Notes: generated from the letters alone by a model not told the origin. 64,000 nt of DNA from Clostridia bacterium (GCA_017456555.1 JAFTJF010000007.1:3257-67256); one strand, 5' to 3'; numbered from the stretch's first letter, positions 33,423-43,679 are shown. Numbers and translations: made by a program.

Positions 33423-34130
33423 TTATTTTGCACCAAATTTTCTGTTTCTTTTAGAAAATACATCTATTGCATTATCTAAATCTTCATTTGAAAAGTCTGG
33501 CCAAAGTTTATCTAAAAACAAGAATTCAGAGTATGTAGATTGCCATGGTAAGAAACCACTTAATCTTAATTCTCCACTTGTTCTTATTAATAAATCTGGA
33601 TCAGGATCATCTTTAGTATATAAGTATTTAGCGAATAGCTCTTCTGAAATATTTTCTAGTTCTACTTTTCCATCTTTAACGTCTTTTGCAAGATTTTTAG
33701 CAGCATTAGTTATCTCATCTCTACCACCATAATTTAATGCTATATTAAAAATTGTTCCTGTATTGTTTTCTGTTCTTTTTATTGTTTTTGCAATACTTTC
33801 TTGCAATGATTCTGATAATTGAGTCATATTACCTAAAACTCTAATTACTATATTTTCTGTATCTGCTTCTTTTGCAAAATCGTCTAAATAAGTTTCTAGT
33901 AAATTCATTAATGCACTTACTTCTTCTTCACTTCTTTTCCAATTTTCTGTTGAAAATGCATATACAGTTACATATTTTATACCAATTTTATTTGCGTATC
34001 TTACAACTTTTTTTAAAGTTTCAGCTCCTTGTTTGTGTCCAAGTTTTACTGGCAAATTTCTTTGTTTAGCCCATCTTCTATTACCATCCATTATGATAGC
34101 AATATGTTTTGGCATAATTCTTTCTTCCAT
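33423..34130 (-). CDS. uppS: Undecaprenyl diphosphate synthase
   Basis: IIMDGNRRWA, AFSTENWKR, RTSGELRLSGFL. Confidence 0.97.
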   Translation of the reverse strand: MEERIMPKHIAIIMDGNRRWAKQRNLPVKLGHKQGAETLKKVVRYANKIGIKYVTVYAFSTENWKRSEEEVSALMNLLETYLDDFAKEADTENIVIRVLGNMTQLSESLQESIAKTIKRTENNTGTIFNIALNYGGRDEITNAAKNLAKDVKDGKVELENISEELFAKYLYTKDDPDPDLLIRTSGELRLSGFLPWQSTYSEFLFLDKLWPDFSNEDLDNAIDVFSKRNRKFGAK

Positions 34131-34141
34131 ATTTACTCCAA

Positions 34142-34690
34142 CTATATACTCATTATTTCTTTTTCTTTGTTTTCTAATAATTTGTCTATTTCTGCAACAT
34201 ATTTGTCTGTTAATTTTTGAATTTTATCTTCAAAATCTGCTTTTTGGTCTTCTGTTATTTCTGATCTTTTTTGTTCATCTTTAACTTCGTCCATACCATC
34301 TCTTCTTATAGCACGAACACTAACTTTTGCTTCTTCAGCAAGTTTTCTAACGTCTTTAGCTAATTCTTTTCTTCTATCAGCTGTTAATTCAGGGAAATTT
34401 AATCTAATAACTTTTCCATCATTGTTTGGATTTAATCCAATATCAGATGCTAAAATAGCTTTTTCAATTGCTTTTAATACACTAGCATCCCATGGTTGAA
34501 TAACTATTGTTCTAGCTTCTGGAACTGAAATTCCAGCAACTTGGTTAATTGGAGTTGGAACTCCATAATACTCAACAGTAATTCTGTTTAATATTGCAGG
34601 ATTTGCTCTTCCTGCTCTAACTTCTGATAAATTTTGGCTAAATACATCTATTGATTTTTGCATTCTTCCTTCTAATTCTTGTAAATTCAT
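34142..34690 (-). CDS. frr: Ribosome recycling factor
   Basis: RAGRANP, IQPWD, LNPNNDG, synteny pyrH-frr-uppS. Confidence 0.97.
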   Translation of the reverse strand: MNLQELEGRMQKSIDVFSQNLSEVRAGRANPAILNRITVEYYGVPTPINQVAGISVPEARTIVIQPWDASVLKAIEKAILASDIGLNPNNDGKVIRLNFPELTADRRKELAKDVRKLAEEAKVSVRAIRRDGMDEVKDEQKRSEITEDQKADFEDKIQKLTDKYVAEIDKLLENKEKEIMSI

Positions 34691-34755
34691 AACTTTAACT
34701 TCCTTTCAATTTCATATATATTTTTTGTTGCATTAACTAATTTATGCAATTTATT

Positions 34756-35463
34756 TTAAGATACTACTGTACCTACATTTTCACCTTTTACAGCTCTTAC
34801 TATATTTTCTGGATCACTAATTGCAAATACTAATAATGGAATATTATTATCTTTGCATAATGCTGTTGCTGTTGAATCCATAACTTTTAAATCTTGATCT
34901 AAAACTTCTCTATAAGAAATTTTGTCATATTTTACAGCAGTTGGATCTAATTTTGGATCTGCTGAATATACTCCATCTATTGTTTTTGCTAGTAATATTA
35001 CTTCTGATTCTGTTTCAGCTGCTCTTAAAGCTGCTGCAGTGTCTGTTGAAAAGAATGGATGCCCTGTACCACAAGCAAATATCACTACTCTTCCTCTATC
35101 TAAATGTTTTTCTGCTTTTCTTTTTATATAAGGTTCTGCAATTTCTCTCATTTCTATTGCAGTTTGTAATCTTGTGTATAGTCCTCTGTACTCTAAAGCA
35201 TCTTGAAGTGCTAAACCGTTCATTGCTGTAGCAAGCATTCCCATGTAATCAGCTGTAGCTCTGTCGTTCATTTTTTTACCATTTTTTAGTCCTCTCCAGA
35301 AGTTTCCTCCTCCGACAACTATTGATACTTGAACTCCCATATCTACAATTTCTTTAACTTTATCACATATTGCTCCAACAACTTCTGGATCAATTCCATG
35401 ACCTTCTTTTCCAGATAAAGCTTCACCGCTTAATTTTAATAAAACTCTTTTATAGGCTACCAT
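34756..35463 (-). CDS. pyrH: UMP kinase
   Basis: [24 protein letters not shown]. Confidence 0.97.
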   Translation of the reverse strand: MVAYKRVLLKLSGEALSGKEGHGIDPEVVGAICDKVKEIVDMGVQVSIVVGGGNFWRGLKNGKKMNDRATADYMGMLATAMNGLALQDALEYRGLYTRLQTAIEMREIAEPYIKRKAEKHLDRGRVVIFACGTGHPFFSTDTAAALRAAETESEVILLAKTIDGVYSADPKLDPTAVKYDKISYREVLDQDLKVMDSTATALCKDNNIPLLVFAISDPENIVRAVKGENVGTVVS

Positions 35464-35703
35464 TACCCTTCTCCTTTTATATTTAATTTTAAAAATTAAG
35501 TATACAATTATACTTTTTGTATTCTATCATAAAAGTTTTTATTTTTCACTATTTTTTTACATATTTTTTATATTTTTAAATAAGCTTCAAGCTTAGTGAT
35601 AACATAACTTTCCAATACTTGTTTTATGAAAAGTTTTATTTAAAAATTTTATTTATTTCTCATAAAAACAAACTTTTCTCTATTCAATAAATTTTATTAA
35701 AAA

Positions 35704-36231
35704 TTATATTTCATACTCAGCAATTTCTCCGTTTTTTAATCCTAAGTTTAAAAATTTTCCATCTTCTGGTATTCCCTTAAAATATGCATAAAATGCTTTA
35801 GAAACACCACTATGAGCAACCACCAATACACTTTCATGTTTTTTAGTTTTTAATTCTTCTAAAAATTCATGAACTCTTGAGAATAAATGTTTTACACTTT
35901 CTTCTGTTCCAAATTGAACTTCTGAATAATAGTTCCAATATTCATCTCTATCGGTTGTATCCCATGGTCTTCCTTCCAAATTTCCTGGATTTCTTTCTTC
36001 AAGTCTTTTATCAAAAATAGTTTCTATTTTATTTCTATTAATAATTTCTGCTGTATGTTTTGCTCTTAAAAGAGGTGAGCAATATACTACATCATACTTT
36101 AAATCCTTTATTTTTTCTGACAGTTCTTCTGCTTGTTTTATTCCATTTGAATTAATATCTTCCTCAAAAAAATTATAAACTTTAGCTAAATTAGAAGCAG
36201 TTTGACCATGTCTTACAATATAAACTTTCAT
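35704..36231 (-). CDS. Histidine phosphatase family protein
   Basis: VRHGQT, SPLLRA, VAHSG. Confidence 0.92.
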   Translation of the reverse strand: MKVYIVRHGQTASNLAKVYNFFEEDINSNGIKQAEELSEKIKDLKYDVVYCSPLLRAKHTAEIINRNKIETIFDKRLEERNPGNLEGRPWDTTDRDEYWNYYSEVQFGTEESVKHLFSRVHEFLEELKTKKHESVLVVAHSGVSKAFYAYFKGIPEDGKFLNLGLKNGEIAEYEI

Positions 36232-36305
36232 ATATATTCTCCAAAATCTATTATTAATCTTATTTTATTAGTTTAAAAAAGTAAAATACCTTTTCATATT
36301 TTAAC

Positions 36306-36746
36306 TTATAAATTAAAATCTTTAATTAGTTTTTCTTTAAATTCTTCTGGTATTAATCTAATATTTTTTATTTCATCTTTTGGTACAATGGTTGGAATAT
36401 ATTGACCTCTATGTGCATATTTAGGATCTCCTGAAAATTCTGGACCAGTTCCTGTTCCTAAAGTCCCACTTACATATTTACACAAAAATAAATACTCATC
36501 AAGTTCATCACCAATTTGTCTAAAATATAATTTTTCTTTTACTTCAACAACTATTCCAAATTCCTCTAAAACTTCTCTTGCAACTCCTTCTTCAAAAGAT
36601 TCCTCTCCTTCTACTCCACCTCCAGGAAAAACATAATATTCTCCAAAAGGTTGATTTGAATTTTCTTTTGGCTTTACATTCATTCTATGCATTAATGCAT
36701 ATCCATTTTCCATTTCAACTAATCCTGCTACTCTAGTTCTTTTCAT
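36306..36746 (-). CDS. NUDIX hydrolase
   Basis: PGGGVEGEESFEEGVAREVLEEFG Nudix box. Confidence 0.92.
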   Translation of the reverse strand: MKRTRVAGLVEMENGYALMHRMNVKPKENSNQPFGEYYVFPGGGVEGEESFEEGVAREVLEEFGIVVEVKEKLYFRQIGDELDEYLFLCKYVSGTLGTGTGPEFSGDPKYAHRGQYIPTIVPKDEIKNIRLIPEEFKEKLIKDFNL

Positions 36747-36840
36747 TTTTTCTACCTCCTAAAAATTCTATAACTAGCATATCTAAATCTTTTCCTTTTG
36801 TCTATATATATTTATAATATTTTTATATGTATAAACATAC

Positions 36841-36871
36841 AAAAAAAGATATATGAAAATCATATATCTTT
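36841..36871 (-). terminator. Terminator after greA
   Basis: aaagatatatga-aaa-tcatatatcttt. Confidence 0.75.
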
Positions 36872-36879
36872 AATTTACA

Positions 36880-37356
36880 TTATTTTTTTATTGATAATAT
36901 TTTTAGTTTTATAATTCCAACAGGAGCTTGAACTTCTACTACATTATTTCTTTTTTTACCAAGTAGAGCCATTCCAATTGGAGATTCATTTGATATTTTG
37001 TTAGCTACAACATCAACTTCTGTTGAACCAACAATTGTATATTCTACAGTTTCATCAAATTCCATATCTAAAACTTTAACAATGTTTCCTACTTGAACAA
37101 CTTCTGTATCAATTTCAGATTCATCTATAATTTTAGCATATTTGATTTTTTCTTCTAATTCAGCTATTTTTATTTCGTTATTTGCTTGAGCATTTTTGGC
37201 TTCATCATATTCTGAATTTTCTGATAAATCTCCAAAACCTAAAGCAACTTTTATTCTTTCAGCAATTTCATATCTTTCAACTGTTTTTAATCTTTCCAAT
37301 TCTTTTTCTAAATTATCGTAACCTTCTTGTGTTAATAAATATTCTTTTTCTCCCAT
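36880..37356 (-). CDS. greA: Transcription elongation factor GreA
   Basis: [23 protein letters not shown]. Confidence 0.97.
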   Translation of the reverse strand: MGEKEYLLTQEGYDNLEKELERLKTVERYEIAERIKVALGFGDLSENSEYDEAKNAQANNEIKIAELEEKIKYAKIIDESEIDTEVVQVGNIVKVLDMEFDETVEYTIVGSTEVDVVANKISNESPIGMALLGKKRNNVVEVQAPVGIIKLKILSIKK

Positions 37357-37426
37357 TTCAAAGGCCTCCTTTATTGTTACTTCATATACTTAAATTATAA
37401 TAAGGTTTATTTTTAGTTTTGTCAAG

Positions 37427-38353
37427 TTAATTTGCTATTTTTTTTGATAATTTTAAATATTCATTTTTCCTAATTCTTCCATTTTTACCATTCAAAAAAC
37501 TTATATTAATTTTATCATTTTTTATTTCTCTTTTTATATTCTCTGGACTTGTCTTTTTATATATTAAACTTTCATAAAAAATAACATTATTAAAATCATT
37601 TAAGTAAATACTATTTCTTATATATTTTCTTGGAAGGATTAAATCAAAAAATTTAACATTAATCCCTTCAAAAGTTTTTTCTTTTATATTTATTTCATCA
37701 TTAAAATTTATAATACATGACTTTGAGTTTATATTGTATTTGTTTAATTCTTCTTCTCCAAAATCAAAATTTAATATAATATCACTTCTACTTAAAGATT
37801 TTTGATAATTATTATTTATATTTAAAATTATTCCTTGTTCATTATAAAGCTCTTTTTCTATTTTTTTAAATTTATTTTCATTTTGAGTTATTAAATTTAA
37901 TACACGAACTTCTGGAGCTAAATCTAAAATAATTTGTTTTATAACTCTATCTATATCATTTGATAATAGTGAAATTTCTTGATATCCTAAATTTCCTTTT
38001 TTAGAATTACACACATATTTTACAATATCTATGCACATATGTTTAAATAACCATTTTCCATCAAAAAACTCCACTTGTTCTTGGTTTAAAAATTCAACAA
38101 ATTCAGTATTTTCTATTAGTTCGTCTGATATACATACCTTTGTAATACATTTTACTTTTATATATTTTGATAACTTTTCATAAGTGTACTTTTCCAAATT
38201 AGGTAAAATCAATAAATTTCCATTCTCAATTTTTTCTTCTTTTAATTTCACAAATTTATACTTAAATTTATAAAATCTATTCTTTATAAATTTTAATTTT
38301 TCTTCATCTTTACTAATCCCATTTTCTAATTTTATATATACCAAAAAAATCAC
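37427..38353 (-). CDS. Conserved clostridial hypothetical protein upstream of greA (start may be TTG 38344)
   Basis: Long ORF with GAGGTG RBS near the 5' end; no diagnostic motif. Confidence 0.65.
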   Translation of the reverse strand: MIFLVYIKLENGISKDEEKLKFIKNRFYKFKYKFVKLKEEKIENGNLLILPNLEKYTYEKLSKYIKVKCITKVCISDELIENTEFVEFLNQEQVEFFDGKWLFKHMCIDIVKYVCNSKKGNLGYQEISLLSNDIDRVIKQIILDLAPEVRVLNLITQNENKFKKIEKELYNEQGIILNINNNYQKSLSRSDIILNFDFGEEELNKYNINSKSCIINFNDEINIKEKTFEGINVKFFDLILPRKYIRNSIYLNDFNNVIFYESLIYKKTSPENIKREIKNDKINISFLNGKNGRIRKNEYLKLSKKIAN

Positions 38354-38447
38354 CTCATAATTATATATGAAATGTTTTTTTATTTATTACATTTCTTTAA
38401 TTTCAAACTTATAAAAATAATTTTATAATTAATAAATTTCAATACGA

Positions 38448-38476
38448 TTTACAAATCATATAAAATAGTTTATAAT
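38448..38476 (+). promoter_or_regulatory. sigmaA promoter of the orphan ORF
   Basis: TTTACA-17bp-TATAAT. Confidence 0.75.
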
Positions 38477-38572
38477 TCCAAAGTACCAATTAAGGTATAT
38501 ATTTTTGGATGGTAAGGCCAATATCATTCATTACACATCAAGTTCAATTGAAGGGAGTGTAATATTTCCGGC

Positions 38573-38968
38573 ATGAAGTTTAGCAAAAAGAAAAAAGCTA
38601 AAATGCGAAAATACAATCAACGGAGAATTAATCGAACCTGCAAGAATATGATCGGATGTCATGTTGATTTTGAGCGTGGCTATGTTGTCAAAGACCAAGC
38701 TAAGATTAACAACATCATGTATCTTCTTGTTCAAGTGGAAAACGGTCAATATGCAATTTATAAAATTGTTAAGGTTGGAGAATATGTTAGACTTTCTGCA
38801 AAGAAAGTTCTTCGAAATCAGAAAGCCTTTTCAAATTACGTATATTGGTACGATAATAGTACAATTGAAATTTCCTCCGAAGGTAATATCGAGTCTGTCA
38901 AACGTACTTCCAGGCATATAGCATGGAAAAACGATAAACCCGTTTATATTTATATTCTCGAAGGATAA
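38573..38968 (+). CDS. Basic hypothetical protein (orphan, atypical composition)
   Basis: Own promoter, AAGGGAG RBS and terminator; higher GC than the flanks. Confidence 0.6.
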   Translation: MKFSKKKKAKMRKYNQRRINRTCKNMIGCHVDFERGYVVKDQAKINNIMYLLVQVENGQYAIYKIVKVGEYVRLSAKKVLRNQKAFSNYVYWYDNSTIEISSEGNIESVKRTSRHIAWKNDKPVYIYILEG

Positions 38969-39017
38969 AAAAGTCCTCAAGCTATTATATTGGCCATAAT
39001 AGCTTGAGGATTTTTTT
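38968..39017. terminator. Bidirectional terminator between the orphan ORF and fucO
   Basis: tcctcaagctattat-attggcc-ataatagcttgagga with A and T tails. Confidence 0.88.
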
Positions 39018-39018
39018 A

Positions 39019-40173
39019 TTACATTGCTTCTCTATATAATCTAATGAAGTCTTCTTTTGTTACTTCTCTTGGATTTCCTGGCATACATGGATCTTCCATT
39101 GCTTTTTCAGCTAACATTTCTATATCTTCTTCTTTGCATCCTGTATCTTTAACTGTTTGAGTAACACCAACTGATTTTGATAATTCTTGTATCATCCATA
39201 CAAATGTATTTATAACATCTTGGTCATTTAAATCTCTTGCATCTGGTCTTCCGATATGGCAAAGAATTTCTCTAAATCTATCTGCACAAACTACACCATT
39301 GTATCTCATAACAGTTGGAAGTATTATAGCATTTGCAACTCCGTGTGGTGTATCATATACAGCACCTAATTGGTGTGCCATTGAGTGAACTATTCCAAGT
39401 CCAACATTTGAGAATCCCATACCTGCAATGTATTGAGCTAAAGCCATATTTTCAATAGCTACTGGGTCTTTTTCATTAACAGCTTTTGGTAAGTTTTCAA
39501 ATATTAATTCAATTGCTCTCATATGGAACATATCTGACATTGTATTATGAGCTTTTGTTATATATCCTTCAACAGCATGTGTTAAAGCATCAAGTCCTGT
39601 TGCAGCAGCTGTTCCTTTTGGTAATGATTCCATTAATTCAGAATCTACTATTGCTAAAACTGGTATATCATGTGGATCTACACATACCATTTTGATTTGT
39701 CTTTCTTCATCTGTTATAACATAGTTTATTGTTACTTCTGCTGCTGTTCCATGTGTTGTAGGTAATGCTATAACTGGCATTCCTTTATTTACTGTATTTG
39801 ATAATCCATTTAATGATACTACATCATATCTATCTGGATTTGTCATTATTATTGATATTCCTTTTGCAGTATCCATAGCTGATCCACCACCAACTGTAAC
39901 TATAACATCTGCTCCTGTTTCTCTACATTTATTAACACCATCTTGTACATTTTTTACTGTTGGATTTGGTTTTACATCTGCATATACATCATATGCAATT
40001 CCAGCATCTTCTAAAACTGAAATAACTTTTCCTGCTACTCCACAATCTAATAAAGTTTGATCTGTTACAACTAAAACTTTGTTAAATCCTCTTGTTTTAA
40101 TTTCATTTGCAAGTTCAACTCTTGCTCCTCTTCCAAAATAAGATGTTTCATTTAGAATAAATCTTTCTGCCAT
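39019..40173 (-). CDS. fucO: Iron-containing alcohol dehydrogenase, lactaldehyde reductase type
   Basis: RFILNETSYFG, GGGSAMD, TAAEVTINYVITD, DALTHAVEG, GIVHSMAH. Confidence 0.88.
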   Translation of the reverse strand: MAERFILNETSYFGRGARVELANEIKTRGFNKVLVVTDQTLLDCGVAGKVISVLEDAGIAYDVYADVKPNPTVKNVQDGVNKCRETGADVIVTVGGGSAMDTAKGISIIMTNPDRYDVVSLNGLSNTVNKGMPVIALPTTHGTAAEVTINYVITDEERQIKMVCVDPHDIPVLAIVDSELMESLPKGTAAATGLDALTHAVEGYITKAHNTMSDMFHMRAIELIFENLPKAVNEKDPVAIENMALAQYIAGMGFSNVGLGIVHSMAHQLGAVYDTPHGVANAIILPTVMRYNGVVCADRFREILCHIGRPDARDLNDQDVINTFVWMIQELSKSVGVTQTVKDTGCKEEDIEMLAEKAMEDPCMPGNPREVTKEDFIRLYREAM

Positions 40174-40351
40174 CTTTTGTTCCTCCTCTTTTTATTAATT
40201 TTATTTTAAAAAAAATTATAAACACACATTTACTTTTGTATAAAATGTTATTGTCAGTTTATATAAAAAATATAATCATAATTATAACATCATATAAATT
40301 ATCACATATAGAAAATATTTTTTCAAGCATTTATTTTATTATTATATTAAT

Positions 40352-40380
40352 TTGCAAAAAGTCAAAAATTATGCTAATAT
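40352..40380 (+). promoter_or_regulatory. sigmaA promoter with extended -10 for the MBL-fold gene
   Basis: TTGCAA-17bp-TAATAT preceded by TGn. Confidence 0.55.
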
Positions 40381-40494
40381 ACTTTGGTCAGTTGCATATT
40401 TTTTCGTAATGGGCTAAGTTACGAGCAGTAAACAATGTTAGCAACTTACAGTATCTATATTCACAAGAGCAAAACAGAAAGGAGTCTCGCAACT

Positions 40495-41190
40495 ATGGAA
40501 TTAACATTCTTGGGTAGAGAAACTGGCTTGGCAGTAAATCACACATCTGCCTACTTTGTTACTGGCAACAACGAACTAGTCGTAATCGACTGTTCAGTAT
40601 CAGCTTTTCAAAAGCTAAAACAGCTTCGGCTGAAGGACTATACTCACATATATGTCCATATCACTCACACACATAGTGATCATGTGGGTGGCTTAAGCCT
40701 TTTTGTACAGTATATGTACTTCACTCTCCACAGAGTAATCACCATCATTGCACCTTCCAACACAGTTAAACAGGATATCAAAACCCTGCTTTCTATCGAA
40801 GGATGTGCCGATGACTGGTTCGTTATCACAGATGTGGAAAAGTGCAATAAAAACTGGGTTAATGCTTCCATTTTAACAGATCACACTCCTCAGCTTCACG
40901 GAAAATGTTTCGGCTATTCTTTAAGTATCAACGGAAAAAACATCATTTACACCGGTGATACAAACACTCTTGAACCTTTCGAAATCGATATTTTAGGTTG
41001 TGACGAACTTTATGTTGACGTTGCAGTTGGCAAAAGTCCTGCTCATCTCAATCTAGTAGAAGCTCTCGAAAAGTTCCTCGAGTTTGCCTCTAATGGCACG
41101 AAAGTGTATCTTATGCACTTAGATAACATTCAGATGGCTGAAGAAATTGTTGCTGAACTTGATGGAATCGAGCTCGTTCAGGTGGAATAA
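40495..41190 (+). CDS. MBL-fold metallo-hydrolase (RNase Z-like), atypical composition
   Basis: LTFLG, VIDC, THTHSDH, YTGDT, HL, LMH; ATG after AGAAAGGAG. Confidence 0.88.
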   Translation: MELTFLGRETGLAVNHTSAYFVTGNNELVVIDCSVSAFQKLKQLRLKDYTHIYVHITHTHSDHVGGLSLFVQYMYFTLHRVITIIAPSNTVKQDIKTLLSIEGCADDWFVITDVEKCNKNWVNASILTDHTPQLHGKCFGYSLSINGKNIIYTGDTNTLEPFEIDILGCDELYVDVAVGKSPAHLNLVEALEKFLEFASNGTKVYLMHLDNIQMAEEIVAELDGIELVQVE

Positions 41191-41206
41191 TTTATGTGTG
41201 AAACAT

Positions 41207-41239
41207 AAAGGCGGATTTACCAAAGTAAATCCGTCTTTT
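41207..41239 (+). terminator. Terminator after the MBL gene
   Basis: ggcggatttac-caaa-gtaaatccgtc-tttt. Confidence 0.85.
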
Positions 41240-41345
41240 CCTATATTTTCAAAACTTTTATATTTATTTATTTTTAAATTTACTATAGACTTTTTTTTCT
41301 TTTTTGTATATTATATTTATATCGTATTGTTTTTAGGAGGATTAT

Positions 41346-41717
41346 ATGTCTAAGTCTATAAAAATTTGTTTAATTTTATTTTTATTATTGATATTATCTA
41401 TTAATTTTAATTTTGTACAAGCAACCTCAGATGAAGAAATTACAGAACCAGAAACTCTTTCTGAAGGTGCTGAAGAAAATATTGAAGAAACCAATTTAGA
41501 AGAAGAAACTCCAGAATCAGACGTTCCTACACCAAGTAATCCTAGTACTTCTACTTTAGATACATTATCAACTTCTTCCGTAACAAAAGTTTCTAATATC
41601 AATAGTTATGAACAAGCAAATTTACAATTAAATAACATTTTATCAATAATCTTAATTGCAATCGGTGTTTTATTAATTCTATTTGCAATAGCACTTTTAA
41701 TAAGATTATCAAAATAA
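41346..41717 (+). CDS. Small exported acidic protein with C-terminal TM
   Basis: AGGAGG RBS, signal peptide, E/T/S-rich middle, C-terminal TM. Confidence 0.75.
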   Translation: MSKSIKICLILFLLLILSINFNFVQATSDEEITEPETLSEGAEENIEETNLEEETPESDVPTPSNPSTSTLDTLSTSSVTKVSNINSYEQANLQLNNILSIILIAIGVLLILFAIALLIRLSK

Positions 41718-41730
41718 TTAATATATATGT

Positions 41731-41758
41731 AAAACGGCTTTTTAAAAAGCCGTTTTTT
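41731..41758. terminator. Bidirectional terminator
   Basis: aaaacggcttttt-aaaaagccgtttt between convergent genes. Confidence 0.8.
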
Positions 41759-41765
41759 GTTTTGT

Positions 41766-42272
41766 CTAGCTATTAGATTGAGTTGCATAATACCATATTG
41801 CAGCAAAAATAATAACAGCAGCTACAACCAATATAATCCACATCCAAGTTGTTGTTGTCATTGTATTTGTTCCTGTATACGTTGTTGTTCCTTCTGCTGT
41901 AGTTCTTGTTGTATTATAATTTCCGTTATTTTGATTCATCATATTATTTCCTGTATTTTCAATTCCGTTCATTCCATCTTTTACTCCATTATTAACAGTG
42001 TTTCCCATATTATTAATTCCATTACCTACATTATTTCCTATATTTCTAACTCCATTTCCAACATTATTAACTCCATCTTTTACCATATTTCCTGTATCTT
42101 TTACAACATTCCCTGAAACTACATTTTTTACACTATCTTCTGTTTTGTCTATTGATTGCATAATTTCATTTCCTAGATTTATAGAATTTTCATTATTTGC
42201 TGCAAAACAAATTCCTGAAAACATAAAAATTACTAATATAGCTAAACTACAAATTAAAGATTTCTTTGCCAT
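41766..42272 (-). CDS. Exported Asn/Gly-rich repeat protein with C-terminal TM
   Basis: ATG 42272 after GAGG; signal peptide; N/G-rich repeats (NNVGNGV-like); WMWIILVV TM. Confidence 0.75.
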   Translation of the reverse strand: MAKKSLICSLAILVIFMFSGICFAANNENSINLGNEIMQSIDKTEDSVKNVVSGNVVKDTGNMVKDGVNNVGNGVRNIGNNVGNGINNMGNTVNNGVKDGMNGIENTGNNMMNQNNGNYNTTRTTAEGTTTYTGTNTMTTTTWMWIILVVAAVIIFAAIWYYATQSNS

Positions 42273-42442
42273 ATTATTACCTCTAAAAAAATAAACTATA
42301 TGAAAACTTAATTTCATATAGTTTATTATTAGTTTTTAATATAAAAATATTCTAGAAAATTTTGAAAATCGTTTATAATTTTTTACCTTACTTTATTTTA
42401 ACTTATAAATTATTAAATAATTTAATTATTTCTATCTATAAA

Positions 42443-43087
42443 TTAATATTTATTACTTATGTTTATATTCTTAATTTCTACATTTAATTCTCTTTCTATT
42501 ATATTTTGTATTTTTGAAATTTCTTCTTTATTTAATGTATATGATTTTACAACAACACTTACAACATTATCATTAACTAAAATAACAACATCTTCAAAGC
42601 CTTTGTTTTTTATCAAATTTTCTGAAATCATTATTCCATTTTTTATTTTTGTTATATTAGAAATTTCTCCTGCTGCAATTGCTTTTTGATCTTGTGGAGT
42701 TTCTGAAGAATCAATTAATTTTTGATATGTTTCAAGCATTTCAGAATACATTCTATCTCTATCCAGTCTTGTTTCTTCAAAATAATTATTTTGTTCCTCT
42801 AATTTTTCTACCGAATTACTTTTTTCACTATCAATTTCTTCCATGTTTAATTCTTCATTAGAAACAATTGCACTATTTGAAACTATTGCATCTGCATTTA
42901 CTAATTGAACATCACCTAAATTAATTTCATTTCTCGCTTCTGATATTTCTTCTTTCGGAGCTGATGCCACTTCTAGTGTTTTATTTTGTTTATCATCAAA
43001 ACTATAATTGAAATAACCAATACCAATTAATAAAAAACCAGTTAAAATTAATCCAATTTGTTTTATATATTCTTTATTATATTTCAC
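42443..43087 (-). CDS. spoIIIAH: Stage III sporulation protein AH
   Basis: YFEETRLDRDR, ENLIKNKGFEDVV; last gene of the operon. Confidence 0.9.
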   Translation of the reverse strand: MKYNKEYIKQIGLILTGFLLIGIGYFNYSFDDKQNKTLEVASAPKEEISEARNEINLGDVQLVNADAIVSNSAIVSNEELNMEEIDSEKSNSVEKLEEQNNYFEETRLDRDRMYSEMLETYQKLIDSSETPQDQKAIAAGEISNITKIKNGIMISENLIKNKGFEDVVILVNDNVVSVVVKSYTLNKEEISKIQNIIERELNVEIKNINISNKY

Positions 43088-43089
43088 AA

Positions 43090-43671
43090 TTATTCCTCCA
43101 TTTCGAAAACTTGAATTTTATGAGTAGCAACTCCAGTAACAGCTTCAACAGCAGCAATTATATTACTTTTTACATTAGAATTCGAAGCTCCTTCTGCTGT
43201 TATAATTGCACCTTCTACAACAGGCATAACTATTTTCTCTGTTACAATTCCAGAATCATTATCTGAAATAACTTCTTTTTGCATATTCTCTGTTTCTGTA
43301 ACTTTACTCACTCCAGAAGTATCTTTTTCTTCAATAGTACTAACACTTGAATTAATATTATAAATTGGAATTCTTGAACTTGTTTGAGTATATGTAAGAA
43401 GAACAGAAACATTTCCAACACCTGAAATTTTACTTAAAATATTTTCTAATCTTTTTTCCAAATCATTATTATCTATTGTTTCTGAGGAAGAAAGTTCTTC
43501 ACTTGCAAGTTCCACTCCTGTTTGATTTTGATAATCCGCTTCCACATTTTCTTCCTCTTCTAAAATTTTATTAATAACAATTAAAGTAATAATTAAAATA
43601 ATCAAAAATGATACAAGATTTTCTATTTTTTTATCTTTGTTAGTAAAAATTTTTTTAATTTTATCTAGCAT
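43090..43671 (-). CDS. spoIIIAG: Stage III sporulation protein AG
   Basis: LEKRLENILSKISGVG, VEGAIITAEGA, HKIQVFEM. Confidence 0.92.
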   Translation of the reverse strand: MLDKIKKIFTNKDKKIENLVSFLIILIITLIVINKILEEEENVEADYQNQTGVELASEELSSSETIDNNDLEKRLENILSKISGVGNVSVLLTYTQTSSRIPIYNINSSVSTIEEKDTSGVSKVTETENMQKEVISDNDSGIVTEKIVMPVVEGAIITAEGASNSNVKSNIIAAVEAVTGVATHKIQVFEMEE

Positions 43672-43679
43672 AAATCCCC

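Noticed and set aside
35580-35675. Third long palindrome (ttgttttatga/tcataaaaacaa)
   Set aside because: Short and very AT-rich; could arise by chance or be a weak terminator
40352-40450. c-di-GMP-I riboswitch in the MBL leader
   Set aside because: Only fragmentary similarity (GGCTAAG, CAGTTGC); no GNRA-capped P1 or GCAAA junction in the right order
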